Source: Calditrichia bacterium
Lineage (GTDB): Bacteria > Calditrichota > Calditrichia > Calditrichales > J004
Reading direction: 5' to 3'
Length of the DNA: 64,000 bases
Assembly: GCA_020635035.1 (NCBI GenBank)
Contig: JACKAO010000004.1
Coordinates: 286,234-350,233, forward strand
In this document: in pieces, positions 45,962-55,771 of the stretch
Layout of the letters: each line of letters begins with the position of its first letter
How positions within the stretch are numbered: position 1 is the stretch's first letter
The notes under the pieces: generated by a model
Told to the model about the DNA's origin: nothing
What the model saw: the letters and a program-made list of their open reading frames with translations, nothing else
The model's database searches: none
Translations under genes and position numbers: made by a program

Positions 45962-48301
45962 ATGCGTCTCTTTATTGTTTTACTCACTTTTACGATGCTT
46001 TTAAATGCCCAGGATAACAGCTGGATGCTTTATGACGACAGCCAGGTTGCGGTTGTTGAAATTACCACGTCACCGGAAGCTGTGGATTTTATGTACACCA
46101 ATCCCTGGAGCGATTCTCTCCATTTAGCATCGGTACATTTTAAAAATGCCATGATTGATGAAACAATTGATTCAGTTGGAATCAGGCTTCGCGGAAACAC
46201 ATCGCGTGACTCGCAGAAAAAATCATTTAAGCTGGATTTTGAACATTTTGTTGATGGAAGGGAGTTTTATTCGGTTGATAAATTAAATCTGAATGGTGAA
46301 CATAATGATCCAAGTATTATGCGCTCAAAAATCTCCTGGGAAATGTTTCATCAGGCCGGATTGATTTCTTCACGTGCGGCTCATACAGCTGTCTATATAA
46401 ATGATAAGTATTACGGACTATACCTTTCAGTAGAGCATTATGACAAGGAATTCATCAGGAAAAATTTTAAAGATGCCAGTGGTAATTTATATAAATGTCT
46501 TTATCCTGCCGATCTGGTGGATCATAGCGACGATCCGGAGAATTACCCTGAATATCCTAAACATACTCCAAACTGGGATGCCGGCAGACGTGTTTATGAG
46601 CTTAAAACGAATGAAGCGGAAGACGATTATAGCAAGCTGGAACGATTTTTAGATATTGTCAATAATACCCCGTCCTATCGATTCAGTGATTCACTGGAAG
46701 CTGTTCTGGATGTTCCGGCTGCGATAAAAATGATGGCAATGGATGTTTTGCTCGGAAGCTGGGATGATTACTGGGCAAATATTAATAATTTTTATATGTA
46801 CCACGAACCTGAAAACGACAAATTCTATATTATCCCTTACGATTATGATAACACCATGGGGATTGACTGGTTTGCAGTTGACTGGGATCAGGCAGATCCT
46901 TATGAGTGGCCCAGGCTTAATTGGGACTTCAGGCCGTTAGTAGAAAATATCCTTGCAGTGCCCAAGTATCATGATTTTTATACACATTTTCTGGAATTTT
47001 ATTCGCAAAATGTGTTTGATTTAAGTCTCTGGGATGAACGTCTTACTGAGTTGAAAAATCAGGTATCAGTTTATGCTGAAGCGGATACTTTTAAATTCCG
47101 AGACTGGGGATTTACAAACGAAGACTTCAATAATTCTTACGATTCCTACTCAAATCAGCATGTCACCCGTGGTCTTCGTCAATATGTTAACAACAGGAAT
47201 GCATCACTTGGTTCGTACCTGTATTATCAAAACGGCGCACCGTATATTTACGCTTGTGACTATTATCCAAAAAATCCCACGGCTGATGACACTATTTATG
47301 TGGAAATTTCAGCTTTTGCACACCCGGGATTTTCGGCTCTCGAGTTGCAATACCAAATAGGTGAAAATTCTCCTTTTCTGAAGCAGGTTTTTACTCATCA
47401 ACCTGTTGCGGATTCCAAAAGGATTGAAGATGCGGACCGCTGGGTAGCTAAATTACCACCTTTAAAAGATGCTGCTTCATTGCGCTTTATAGTTTACGCC
47501 CTGGCAAATTCTCAAATACTTTTCTACCCGAAAGATGCGATCGCTGTTAATGTAACCGGTACAGGGCAGGAAGGTGTTTTAATTAATGAATTTTTAGCAT
47601 CTAATACTACTGTAAATGTGGATGAAAATGCACAATATGAAGACTGGCTGGAGTTATATAACAGTAACGAAGATACAGTGGATCTTTCCGGTTATTTTTT
47701 AACCGACAAGGACACAACACTTAACAAGTGGCGCATACCCGATGGTACAAAAATAGCTCCCAAGGGATTCCTGTTATTCTGGTGCGATGAAGACCAGTCA
47801 CAGGGACCATTGCATACCAATTTTAAAATAAGTGCCGGTGGAGAGTTTCTTGCACTGGTTGCCCCCGATGCTATAACTGTTTATGATTCCCTGTCATTTG
47901 GTCCGCAGGTTACAGATATATCCTATGGACGCAATCCTGATGGAAGTGCAAACTGGGAATTTGCATTACCAACACCGGGCTATACGAATGTTGTCACGGC
48001 TATTAAAGACAATACACTGCTTCCGGTAGCTTTTGAAATGCTTGCTTATCCTAATCCGTTTAACAACACACTAAGTATCAGCTATTCTTTACCCGTAGAA
48101 AATAATGTGGATGTGCAGATTTTTGATATCCTTGGCAGGCAGGTCTGGCAGAAAATGATATCCCATCAGCACCCGGGGAAATATGCGGTTAAATGGCAGG
48201 GGGCAGCTTCTTCAGGCTTAGCAGCAGGTTCAGGTGTTTTTATCGTAAAAATTTCTGCAGGAAAATTTCAAAAAACTCAAAAAGTTTTGTTGATCAAATA
48301 A
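45962..48301 (+). CDS. CotH-kinase-family protein with a lamin-tail (LTD) domain and a T9SS C-terminal sorting domain
   Basis: Signal peptide. CotH-like N-terminal two-thirds (IRLRGNTSR...KKSFKLDF...LNLNGEHNDPS...YYGLYLSVEHYD). LTD (LINEFLASNTT...EDWLELYN...GYFLTDK). CTD (YPNPFNNTLSISYSL...). Confidence 0.75.
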   Translation: MRLFIVLLTFTMLLNAQDNSWMLYDDSQVAVVEITTSPEAVDFMYTNPWSDSLHLASVHFKNAMIDETIDSVGIRLRGNTSRDSQKKSFKLDFEHFVDGREFYSVDKLNLNGEHNDPSIMRSKISWEMFHQAGLISSRAAHTAVYINDKYYGLYLSVEHYDKEFIRKNFKDASGNLYKCLYPADLVDHSDDPENYPEYPKHTPNWDAGRRVYELKTNEAEDDYSKLERFLDIVNNTPSYRFSDSLEAVLDVPAAIKMMAMDVLLGSWDDYWANINNFYMYHEPENDKFYIIPYDYDNTMGIDWFAVDWDQADPYEWPRLNWDFRPLVENILAVPKYHDFYTHFLEFYSQNVFDLSLWDERLTELKNQVSVYAEADTFKFRDWGFTNEDFNNSYDSYSNQHVTRGLRQYVNNRNASLGSYLYYQNGAPYIYACDYYPKNPTADDTIYVEISAFAHPGFSALELQYQIGENSPFLKQVFTHQPVADSKRIEDADRWVAKLPPLKDAASLRFIVYALANSQILFYPKDAIAVNVTGTGQEGVLINEFLASNTTVNVDENAQYEDWLELYNSNEDTVDLSGYFLTDKDTTLNKWRIPDGTKIAPKGFLLFWCDEDQSQGPLHTNFKISAGGEFLALVAPDAITVYDSLSFGPQVTDISYGRNPDGSANWEFALPTPGYTNVVTAIKDNTLLPVAFEMLAYPNPFNNTLSISYSLPVENNVDVQIFDILGRQVWQKMISHQHPGKYAVKWQGAASSGLAAGSGVFIVKISAGKFQKTQKVLLIK
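48026..48298 (+). other. T9SS (Por) C-terminal sorting domain
   Basis: LAYPNPFNNTLSISYSLP...GVFIVKISAGKFQKTQKVLLIK. Confidence 0.75.
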
Positions 48302-48521
48302 AAAACTTATCCGTTTTATCTTGCGAACTCCAAATTATGGTACTAATCCAATACTTTTTGATTAGTATAATTGGTGTTTCTAACATTGTGATTCAGAATA
48401 GTGTATTTCAAAGCTGTTCAGCCAAGCCTGTTTTTTTGCTGAATAAATCCATTTCAGTTTGTCCTATACATTCCTTAAATTAATTTTCATTAATTCACTT
48501 CGCATTAATAAAGCACTTTTT

Positions 48522-48872
48522 ATGCTGAAAATAAATCAGGAATTTGTCCGAAATTTAGTAATCCTTGAGCTTAAAGGGTTTTTGAACACTCGTTCGGATC
48601 TGGATGTGTTCAATCAAAGCATCGAGCGTCTTATAAATGCCGGGAAAAAATTTGTAATACTGGATTTGTATGACGTCCCCTGGATTAACAGTCTGGGACT
48701 TGGAAATATTATTGCAGCGATGTCATCATTGAGACATCGTGATGGTGAGCTAAAAATTGCCAATCCTTCACCAAAAGTAAACATGTTACTTACAATGACA
48801 TCCACTATTTTGATCCTTGAAACTTTCAATACTGTACGTGAAGCAGTAGACAGCTTTGAGAATAAGAAATAA
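48522..48872 (+). CDS. STAS-domain protein (anti-sigma-factor antagonist-like)
   Basis: About 116 aa with the pattern VILELKGFL...FVILDLYDVPWINSLGLGNIIAA...GELKIANPSPKV. Start at ATG 48522. Confidence 0.7.
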   Translation: MLKINQEFVRNLVILELKGFLNTRSDLDVFNQSIERLINAGKKFVILDLYDVPWINSLGLGNIIAAMSSLRHRDGELKIANPSPKVNMLLTMTSTILILETFNTVREAVDSFENKK

Positions 48873-48873
48873 T

Positions 48874-49437
48874 ATGCATATATATCTAATCAGGCATACG
48901 ACACCAGATATCGAATTGGATCATTGTTACGGCCAAAGTGATATAGATGTTAAAGACAGTTTTAATGATGAAGTGTCACGTATTAAAAATATTTTACCTG
49001 AACTGAATTCTGTTCAGGTATTCTCAAGCCCATTGCAACGTTGCCATAAGCTTGCCAATGCCTTACAGATTGGAAAAGTTCAAACCGATAACAGGCTCAA
49101 AGAAATTAATTTTGGTGAATGGGAATTGAAGAAATGGAAAGATATTGCTAAAGAAGAATTTGATTTCTGGATTGAAGATTTTGTTAACCGCAGGGCCGCG
49201 GACGGTGAATGCTACCGTGATGTGTCAAAGAGAATGGTGGGTTTTCTCAATGATGCGATAAAAATGGATTATGAAAATATTGTTATTGTAAGCCATGGCG
49301 GTTCATTACGCACATTGTTTGCCCATATATCTGAAGCCCCACTTAAAAATTTATTCAGGATTAATATTGATTTTGGTAGTGTAAGCCGGCTTTCTTATGA
49401 AAATAATAAGTTTAAGATAGATTTTATAAACCGTTGA
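48874..49437 (+). CDS. Histidine phosphatase family protein (alpha-ribazole-phosphatase-like)
   Basis: RHT catalytic motif (IYLIRHTTP), SSPLQRC, and a late SHGG motif. Confidence 0.75.
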   Translation: MHIYLIRHTTPDIELDHCYGQSDIDVKDSFNDEVSRIKNILPELNSVQVFSSPLQRCHKLANALQIGKVQTDNRLKEINFGEWELKKWKDIAKEEFDFWIEDFVNRRAADGECYRDVSKRMVGFLNDAIKMDYENIVIVSHGGSLRTLFAHISEAPLKNLFRINIDFGSVSRLSYENNKFKIDFINR

Positions 49438-49446
49438 GAGCAGAAT

Positions 49447-49818
49447 ATGAATGCAGGTGCAATGCTTGGACAGAAATGCCCGAAATGTAACAATGGAAAA
49501 ATGTTTTATGGTGTATTTAAGATGCATACGGAGTGTCCTGTTTGCGGTTTTAAATTTGAACGGCAGGAAGGATATTTCACATCTGCAATTTTTATAGGCA
49601 ATTTTTTATATGCTTTAATCGTTGCACCGACTTTAATGATAATGACTGCAGTGGATGCTTCTGTATGGAAAATTGCAGCTGTGTTGGGAAGTTTTAGCCT
49701 GATTGCCATTCCCGTAATATTCCGTTTTGCCAGGACAATATGGCTTCATGTTGATTTTATGATTCATCCTGATGAAGCCCTTCCGGCAAACAGAATAAAA
49801 AATCCGCAAAACGGATAA
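49447..49818 (+). CDS. DUF983-like zinc-ribbon membrane protein
   Basis: CPKC...CPVCG zinc ribbon followed by FERQEGYF and two TM helices. Confidence 0.6.
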   Translation: MNAGAMLGQKCPKCNNGKMFYGVFKMHTECPVCGFKFERQEGYFTSAIFIGNFLYALIVAPTLMIMTAVDASVWKIAAVLGSFSLIAIPVIFRFARTIWLHVDFMIHPDEALPANRIKNPQNG

Positions 49819-49824
49819 TTCTTT

Positions 49825-50631
49825 ATGAAATTAAAACTTCCTGTTCTTTTATTATTCCTGGTTACAATCTCCTGCAATAATGAAGCAGAAAAACAAAACA
49901 GCCAGATAGATGAAATTATCACAGCTCTTAATTTTGATAATGTCATTGGTTCAATTCAGCAAACAGTTTCTGTCCAGCTTTCCTCGTTACAAAATGCTGT
50001 TGGTGAAAAGGTTTATGATGGAATGCAAAGTGCCGCGCATAAAGCATACTCTAAAGACTCATTAAAAGTAAATTTTAGAAAATTTCTCCTTACCAAAGCT
50101 GATTCGCTCGATGTTAACAGTTTTCTGAAATGGTTAAGATCACCCTTGTATTTAAAGATTGATAAGGCAGAAAGCAGGCAACTTACTGAAAAGGATTATA
50201 ATAATATCCTGGAACTTAATTCTAAATATAAAAATGACTCCACGCTCTCTACACGGATCTTATATATCAAATCAGCACTACGCCGGGAAGAGACCGAATT
50301 GACCGCTGATGCCTATGCTTCAACCTTCAGGGCATTGATAGAAGCAAACCGGCGATTCGTCGATCAAATGCACAAAATTAAAGAGAGTGATGTAGATTTT
50401 ATTGTTGATACAGAACGTAAAAAGTTTATTAATGATATGTATGATCGGGCATTAGTTGAAAAATTATACCGATATGCAGATCTCAGTGATCAGGAACTGA
50501 TGCAGATAACCGATTTTAAACATTCGTCCACCGGAAAAACAGCCACACTTTTTATCCATAGAGCCATTCTTTACACTGTTAAAAAAGCGAATCTGGATTT
50601 TTTATACAGGGTCAGCCGTATATCAGCATGA
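49825..50631 (+). CDS. Hypothetical lipoprotein
   Basis: Lipobox (VTISC). The rest is a helical soluble domain. Family not recognised. Confidence 0.55.
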   Translation: MKLKLPVLLLFLVTISCNNEAEKQNSQIDEIITALNFDNVIGSIQQTVSVQLSSLQNAVGEKVYDGMQSAAHKAYSKDSLKVNFRKFLLTKADSLDVNSFLKWLRSPLYLKIDKAESRQLTEKDYNNILELNSKYKNDSTLSTRILYIKSALRREETELTADAYASTFRALIEANRRFVDQMHKIKESDVDFIVDTERKKFINDMYDRALVEKLYRYADLSDQELMQITDFKHSSTGKTATLFIHRAILYTVKKANLDFLYRVSRISA

Positions 50632-50673
50632 TATAAAAATACCCTGGCAAATAAATAATAAACAAGGAGTTTT

Positions 50674-51513
50674 ATGAACTGGATAACTCTGAACCCTGTT
50701 GACATGAAACGACTTAAAGATGCGCGGCTGCAGATACATCAGGCTGCTCAGCTTATTGCTTCCACAGCAATTTCTTTTATTCCGAAGAAAGAAGACGACA
50801 GTCATACCAACATGGAATGGATTCACGATTTATCAGCATTTGCAGGGAAAGAATTTGGAGACAGGAAAAAGTTTAAACTGGCTTTAAGGCCCGCAGATAT
50901 GTGTTATCTTTTTTTGAACCAGAATGGGCAGATTCTGGATGAATTAAAACTGGATAATAAAACAGGGCAGCAGGCTGTTTTATGGTTAAAAGAAAAGTTT
51001 AATCAAAACGATCTTGATTTCAGTCCTTTTACACTAAGTCGCCACTACGAAATTCCAGAAACCGAGCAGGCAGATGGCAAAAAATATCACCTTTTCAATG
51101 TTTCGGTTTTTTCAGAATTAAGTGCTCAATTTGCTAATGCAGAGATTTTGCTGCAAAAACTATCATCGAATTTTGAAAACAGTTCTCCCATTCGCTGCTG
51201 GCCCCATCATTTTGATCATGCGATGATGATATCGATCGATTCAAAATCCGATCCTGCTAAATCAATCGGAGTAGGTTTTTCACCCGGTGATGATAATTAC
51301 CAGCAACCCTATTATTATGTCTATCCCTGGCCGTATCCTGATGTGAATACTCTGGCAAAATATAAATTACCGGAAGGAACACACTGGCATACTGAAGGAT
51401 TTATTTCGGCAATTGTTACTTCGGAAACATATATCAACGCCACTGATACGCAAAAATATCTGGAAGATTTTCTAGGTAAAGCCACCAAAATAGCACAAAT
51501 AATTTTATCCTGA
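50674..51513 (+). CDS. Hypothetical protein
   Basis: Clean 279-codon ORF with SD aaggag. No motif recognised with confidence. Confidence 0.55.
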   Translation: MNWITLNPVDMKRLKDARLQIHQAAQLIASTAISFIPKKEDDSHTNMEWIHDLSAFAGKEFGDRKKFKLALRPADMCYLFLNQNGQILDELKLDNKTGQQAVLWLKEKFNQNDLDFSPFTLSRHYEIPETEQADGKKYHLFNVSVFSELSAQFANAEILLQKLSSNFENSSPIRCWPHHFDHAMMISIDSKSDPAKSIGVGFSPGDDNYQQPYYYVYPWPYPDVNTLAKYKLPEGTHWHTEGFISAIVTSETYINATDTQKYLEDFLGKATKIAQIILS

Positions 51514-51519
51514 TTTCTT

Positions 51520-52263
51520 ATGGTTACTTTTGATTCTGTTTTTTTTGCTTACAAAGACCAGCAAATTCTAAATAATTTTAACCTTAAAATTACCCCCAAT
51601 AAAACGACGGTCCTGATTGGGCCAAGTGGCTGCGGTAAATCCACCATTCTGCGCCTTGTCAATCGCTTGCTTATCCCATCATCCGGGACCATCTCCGTTG
51701 ATAACGAAATCATCTCAGAAAAAAATATACAGGCAGTACGCTACAAAACAGGCTATGTAATCCAGGATGGCGGCTTATTTCCAAATATGACCGCAGAACA
51801 GAATATCACTTTAATGGCGCGCCGTCTTAAATGGGAAAAATCTGCACTTAATAAAAGGTTGCAGGAACTATTAGAGCTTACCCATTTTTCACCGGACTTT
51901 TTAAAGCGCTACCCGGCTCAGCTTTCAGGGGGACAACAACAACGTGTCAGCCTGATGCGTGCGCTGATGCTTGATCCAAAGTTATTGCTTCTCGATGAGC
52001 CTTTTGCCGCATTAGACCCGCTTATCCGTGCAGATTTGCATGAAAGCATGATAGGGATTTTTAAGAAATTACAGAAAACGGTTTTAATGGTAACACACGA
52101 TTTACACGAAGCGGCTTATCTCGGAAATCAGATCATTCTTCTCAGCAAAGGTGAAATTATCCAAAGTGGTCAAATAAAGGAGCTAATATCTAAACCGGCA
52201 AATACTTTTGTCACACAATTTATAAAAGCCCAGCGCAGTCATTTACCGGAGCTTGATGAATGA
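51520..52263 (+). CDS. ABC transporter ATP-binding protein (osmoprotectant/choline-betaine type)
   Basis: Walker A GPSGCGKST, signature LSGGQQQR, Walker B LLLDEP. The context is a betaine-type SBP-permease fusion. Confidence 0.85.
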   Translation: MVTFDSVFFAYKDQQILNNFNLKITPNKTTVLIGPSGCGKSTILRLVNRLLIPSSGTISVDNEIISEKNIQAVRYKTGYVIQDGGLFPNMTAEQNITLMARRLKWEKSALNKRLQELLELTHFSPDFLKRYPAQLSGGQQQRVSLMRALMLDPKLLLLDEPFAALDPLIRADLHESMIGIFKKLQKTVLMVTHDLHEAAYLGNQIILLSKGEIIQSGQIKELISKPANTFVTQFIKAQRSHLPELDE

Positions 52264-53726
52264 AAATATTATTAATCATTTTAGTATTGGTATTTAGCAC
52301 CCAGGCAAGTGACATAGTAGTTGCTTCAAAAAAATTCACAGAAAACATTATTCTTGCTGACATCGCCGGTATGCTTCTGAAAGATAAAGGTTTTAATGTT
52401 GATCACCGTGCCGGACTGGGTGGTACCCGTGTGTTGTGGAACGCCCTTCTGAAAAGTGAAATTGATTTGTATCCTGAATATAGCGGAACAATAAGCCAGG
52501 AGATTTTTGCAGCAGAAAAGTTGTTTGATTTCAGCGAAGTTTTAAATAAACTGGACAGCCTTGGAATTGCTGTAGTTGGTCCGTTGGGTTTCAATAATAC
52601 TTATGCATTGGGTATGCTGAAAAACCGTTCCGGGGAGCTTAGCATTAGTGAAATTTCTGATCTGAACAAACATCCGCAATTGGTTTTGGGTTTTACCAAC
52701 GAATTTATGGACAGGGCAGATGGTTGGCCGGCTTTACAAAGATCATATCAATTGCCACAAAAAAACGTTCAGGGCCTGGACCATGATCTTGCTTATCGGG
52801 GATTGGCATCGGGTGCATTGGATGTGATTGATCTCTATTCCACAGATGCTGAAATCCTTTATTATGATCTGCAGGTTCTTAAAGATAATTTAAACCATTT
52901 CACTGAGTATCAGGCACTGTATCTTGTCCGAAAAGATCTCCTTCAACAGGATCCGGCAATCGGCAAAACATTGCACCTGCTTGCTGGCCAAATCAATGCA
53001 GCAGAAATGGTTAAAATGAATGCCCGGGCAAAAATTGACAAAATTCCTTCTATGGATGTTGCCGGTGATTTTGTTAATACCCATTTTGGAATTTCTGTTT
53101 CAAGCAATAAAGTTACGTTCCGGGACCGTTTGATTAAAAGAACTCTGGAACACTTGCTTCTTGTCTCTTTGTCACTGTCTGCAGCAATAATTATAGCTCT
53201 GCCACTTGGTGTTTTGGCTGTAAAATTAAAAAGAACAGGACGGATCATTTTAAGTATTGCCGGTATTATTCAAACAATCCCATCGCTGGCGATCCTTGTT
53301 TTTATGATTCCATTGTTGGGTATTGGCGCCGAGCCGGCAATGATGGCTCTTTTTCTTTACAGTCTTTTGCCGATCATTCGTAACACTTACAGCGGCATTC
53401 AGGATATTCCGGTTTCGATATCAGAATCAGCGGTTGCTATTGGTCTGACGCGATGGGAGAAACTGCGTTTTGTTGAGCTTCCGCTGGCTGCACGATCAAT
53501 TCTTGCCGGAATTAAAACAGCATCCGTGATCAATGTGGGTACCGCAACATTGGGAGCTTTGATTGGTGCAGGTGGATATGGCCAGCCTATTCTGACAGGG
53601 ATCAGGCTTGATGATTTGGGACTTATTCTTGAAGGAGCAGTTCCTGCTGCTTTACTTGCATTGGCTGTACAGGGAATTTTTGATGTTCTTGAAAAGTGGG
53701 TCATTCCTGTAAAATCTGAAGGCTAA
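52260..53726 (+). CDS. Fused substrate-binding protein plus permease of an osmoprotectant ABC transporter
   Basis: The N-terminal ~280 aa are an OpuBC/OpuCC-like SBP (VASKKFTENIILADI...PEYSGT...NTYALGM). The C-terminal ~200 aa are a BPD-type permease with an EAA-like loop (ESAVAIGLTRWEKLRFVELPLA). ATGA overlap with the ATPase gene. Confidence 0.8.
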   Translation: MKILLIILVLVFSTQASDIVVASKKFTENIILADIAGMLLKDKGFNVDHRAGLGGTRVLWNALLKSEIDLYPEYSGTISQEIFAAEKLFDFSEVLNKLDSLGIAVVGPLGFNNTYALGMLKNRSGELSISEISDLNKHPQLVLGFTNEFMDRADGWPALQRSYQLPQKNVQGLDHDLAYRGLASGALDVIDLYSTDAEILYYDLQVLKDNLNHFTEYQALYLVRKDLLQQDPAIGKTLHLLAGQINAAEMVKMNARAKIDKIPSMDVAGDFVNTHFGISVSSNKVTFRDRLIKRTLEHLLLVSLSLSAAIIIALPLGVLAVKLKRTGRIILSIAGIIQTIPSLAILVFMIPLLGIGAEPAMMALFLYSLLPIIRNTYSGIQDIPVSISESAVAIGLTRWEKLRFVELPLAARSILAGIKTASVINVGTATLGALIGAGGYGQPILTGIRLDDLGLILEGAVPAALLALAVQGIFDVLEKWVIPVKSEG

Positions 53727-53734
53727 TAAAAAGG

Positions 53735-53758
53735 AAAGGCTGCCAGAGCAGCCTTTTT
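53735..53758. terminator. Bidirectional rho-independent terminator
   Basis: GGCTGC (53738-53743) / loop CAGA / GCAGCC (53748-53753), flanked by an A-run upstream and T5 downstream. It lies between convergent genes. Confidence 0.6.
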
Positions 53759-53775
53759 GTGGGGGATGTAGAAGT

Positions 53776-54261
53776 TTACTCGTCCATCATGCGTTTGCCG
53801 TGGGGGCCTTTATCTTTTCCGGGACCGTGGGGGCGAAATCCCGGTTGTGCATCAAATTTTACACGTTGTTCATCGGTTAATAAAGCACGCACTTTTTGTT
53901 TTGTCTGGGCATGCATTTTTTCCATTTTAGTTCTTAAACTGCCAATTTCATCGATCACTTTATTAATTTTGTCCAAGTCTGCCTTGTCTGCTGTTTCAAG
54001 AGTGCGCAGCTGGGCTTCTTTTTCACCAATCTGGTTGCCGATCTGTAAAGATTCTTTCATGTTTTCCGTATGAATCTTTTCTATTTCCGCTTTTTGCTCA
54101 TCGTTTAATCCGAGATTTTCCATCATCTGTGCATGACGCGGACCGCGTTTCTCATCATACCGTTGACGCATATCTCCGTTTCGCGGACCCTGTTGAGCGA
54201 AAATACTGCCTGCTAAAAACAAACTTATTATTGATGCTGATAAAATCTTTGTTACTTTCAT
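53776..54261 (-). CDS. Spy/CpxP-family periplasmic chaperone-like protein
   Basis: Signal peptide at ATG 54261 and two LTxxQ-type motifs (LNDEQKAEIEK, LTDEQRVKF). Confidence 0.7.
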   Translation of the reverse strand: MKVTKILSASIISLFLAGSIFAQQGPRNGDMRQRYDEKRGPRHAQMMENLGLNDEQKAEIEKIHTENMKESLQIGNQIGEKEAQLRTLETADKADLDKINKVIDEIGSLRTKMEKMHAQTKQKVRALLTDEQRVKFDAQPGFRPHGPGKDKGPHGKRMMDE

Positions 54262-54374
54262 GATGTATCCTTTCTTTTTAAATTGCCGTTTAATTATTCT
54301 TGCCATGGCCTTTATTATCTCAGACAAAATGAAATTCAAAAAACTTGCAAAATAATTTTAAGGATATGTTAACA

Positions 54375-55061
54375 ATGAAATACAGCTGGCTTTTGTTTGA
54401 TGCGGACGGTACCCTGTTTGACTTTGAAAAAGCACAAGAACAAGCACTTAGAAACACTTTTAAAAATCTTCGCATAAACTTCAGGGAAAGTTACTATCAA
54501 AGTTATCAGGAAATAAATACCTTTCTTTGGAAGCGTTATGAACGTGCTGAGATTAAACAGGATAAAATTCCGTACCAGCGTTTTTATAATTTTTTTGAAG
54601 AGAATAATATACTGGCGGATGCGCAAAAAGCCAGTGAGCTTTACCTGGAATACCTGGGCAGGGAACATGAGCTTCTTGATGGTGCGGAAGAACTGATTAA
54701 AAAACTGGCCACAGAATATAAGCTTGTTTTAATAACAAACGGGCTGAAGTCTGTACAACGCCCGCGTTTCCTGAGTGCAGTAATTACGCCCTATTTTGAA
54801 GAGATAATAATATCTGAAGAAGTCGGGTTTGCAAAACCGCAGAAAGAAATATTTGATATTACTTTTGAAAGAATTAACAATCCGCCAAAGGAAGTTGTAA
54901 TGATAATTGGTGATAATCCCGGATCGGATATTCTTGGTGGCATTGAATATGGCATTGACAGCTGCTGGTATAATCCTTCGGCAGAAGAATTGTATGATGG
55001 CATTATTCCCACATATGAAATCCGTAATTATGATGAATTAATAGAACTTTTAGAAGATTAG
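54375..55061 (+). CDS. HAD-superfamily hydrolase (YjjG-like nucleotidase subfamily)
   Basis: DxDxT motif (LLFDADGTLFDF), a TNG motif, and a late GDN..SDI motif. Confidence 0.75.
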   Translation: MKYSWLLFDADGTLFDFEKAQEQALRNTFKNLRINFRESYYQSYQEINTFLWKRYERAEIKQDKIPYQRFYNFFEENNILADAQKASELYLEYLGREHELLDGAEELIKKLATEYKLVLITNGLKSVQRPRFLSAVITPYFEEIIISEEVGFAKPQKEIFDITFERINNPPKEVVMIIGDNPGSDILGGIEYGIDSCWYNPSAEELYDGIIPTYEIRNYDELIELLED

Positions 55062-55076
55062 AAACGGCAGGTGAAA

Positions 55077-55616
55077 ATGCTTAATAAGGAAAAAACAGCG
55101 CTGGTAGTTGTGGATATTCAGGGAAAGCTTGCACAACTTGTCTATGAACATGAAAAGCTTTTCAATAATGTAAAAAAAACGATAAAAGGTGCCCGTATTC
55201 TGGGTTTACCGATTATCTGGCTTGAGCAGAATCCTGACGGATTGGGTCCTACAGTCCCTGATATTGCTGAAGAGTTAAACGGAATTGAACCGCTGGCAAA
55301 GATGACTTTCAGTTGTGCAAAACACAAACCCTTTTTGAAAAAGCTTAAAGATACCGGATGTGTCCAGGTTTTGATTGTCGGTATTGAAACTCATATTTGT
55401 GTTTATCAGACAGCAATGGAACTGTTTGATCTGGGGTATGAAGTTGAGATTGTAGCGGATGCAGTTTCATCGCGGACTTTGGAAAATAAAAATATTGCAC
55501 TGCAAAAAATGCGCGATACGGGAATCAAATTAAGCAGTGTGGAAATGTGTCTTTATGAGCTGCAGGAGGTAGCTGAAGGTGATGTTTTTAAACAAATCCT
55601 GAAGTTGATTAAATAG
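55077..55616 (+). CDS. Isochorismatase-family cysteine hydrolase
   Basis: ALVVVDIQ N-terminal motif and the catalytic Cys context (VGIETHICV). Confidence 0.75.
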   Translation: MLNKEKTALVVVDIQGKLAQLVYEHEKLFNNVKKTIKGARILGLPIIWLEQNPDGLGPTVPDIAEELNGIEPLAKMTFSCAKHKPFLKKLKDTGCVQVLIVGIETHICVYQTAMELFDLGYEVEIVADAVSSRTLENKNIALQKMRDTGIKLSSVEMCLYELQEVAEGDVFKQILKLIK

Positions 55617-55771
55617 CTTAAATAATAGGCAAAACTTTCAAAGATTCAGCTCATTTTAAAGATATTCATTAATTATTAAGAAAATGGCAGGTAAATATCT
55701 TATTTAATTTTGTTTAGGGATTTTATCTGCATAAATTTGCCGGATGAATTGAAACATAAAGGGGAAAACCA

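Noticed and set aside
48341-48367. A hairpin (TACTAATC / 11-nt loop / GATTAGTA) downstream of the CotH gene as a terminator or sRNA, together with track ORF 48193-48483.
   Set aside because: The stem is all A/T-rich and only 8 bp, with no 3' U-run. The overlapping 96-aa ORF straddles the CotH stop and the spacer and has no coding features.
55617-55771. An ArgR (ARG box) operator upstream of argG.
   Set aside because: Only partial matches to TGAAT/ATTCA half-sites are present (for example ATTCATTAATTATTAA). There is no convincing 18-bp palindrome or tandem boxes.
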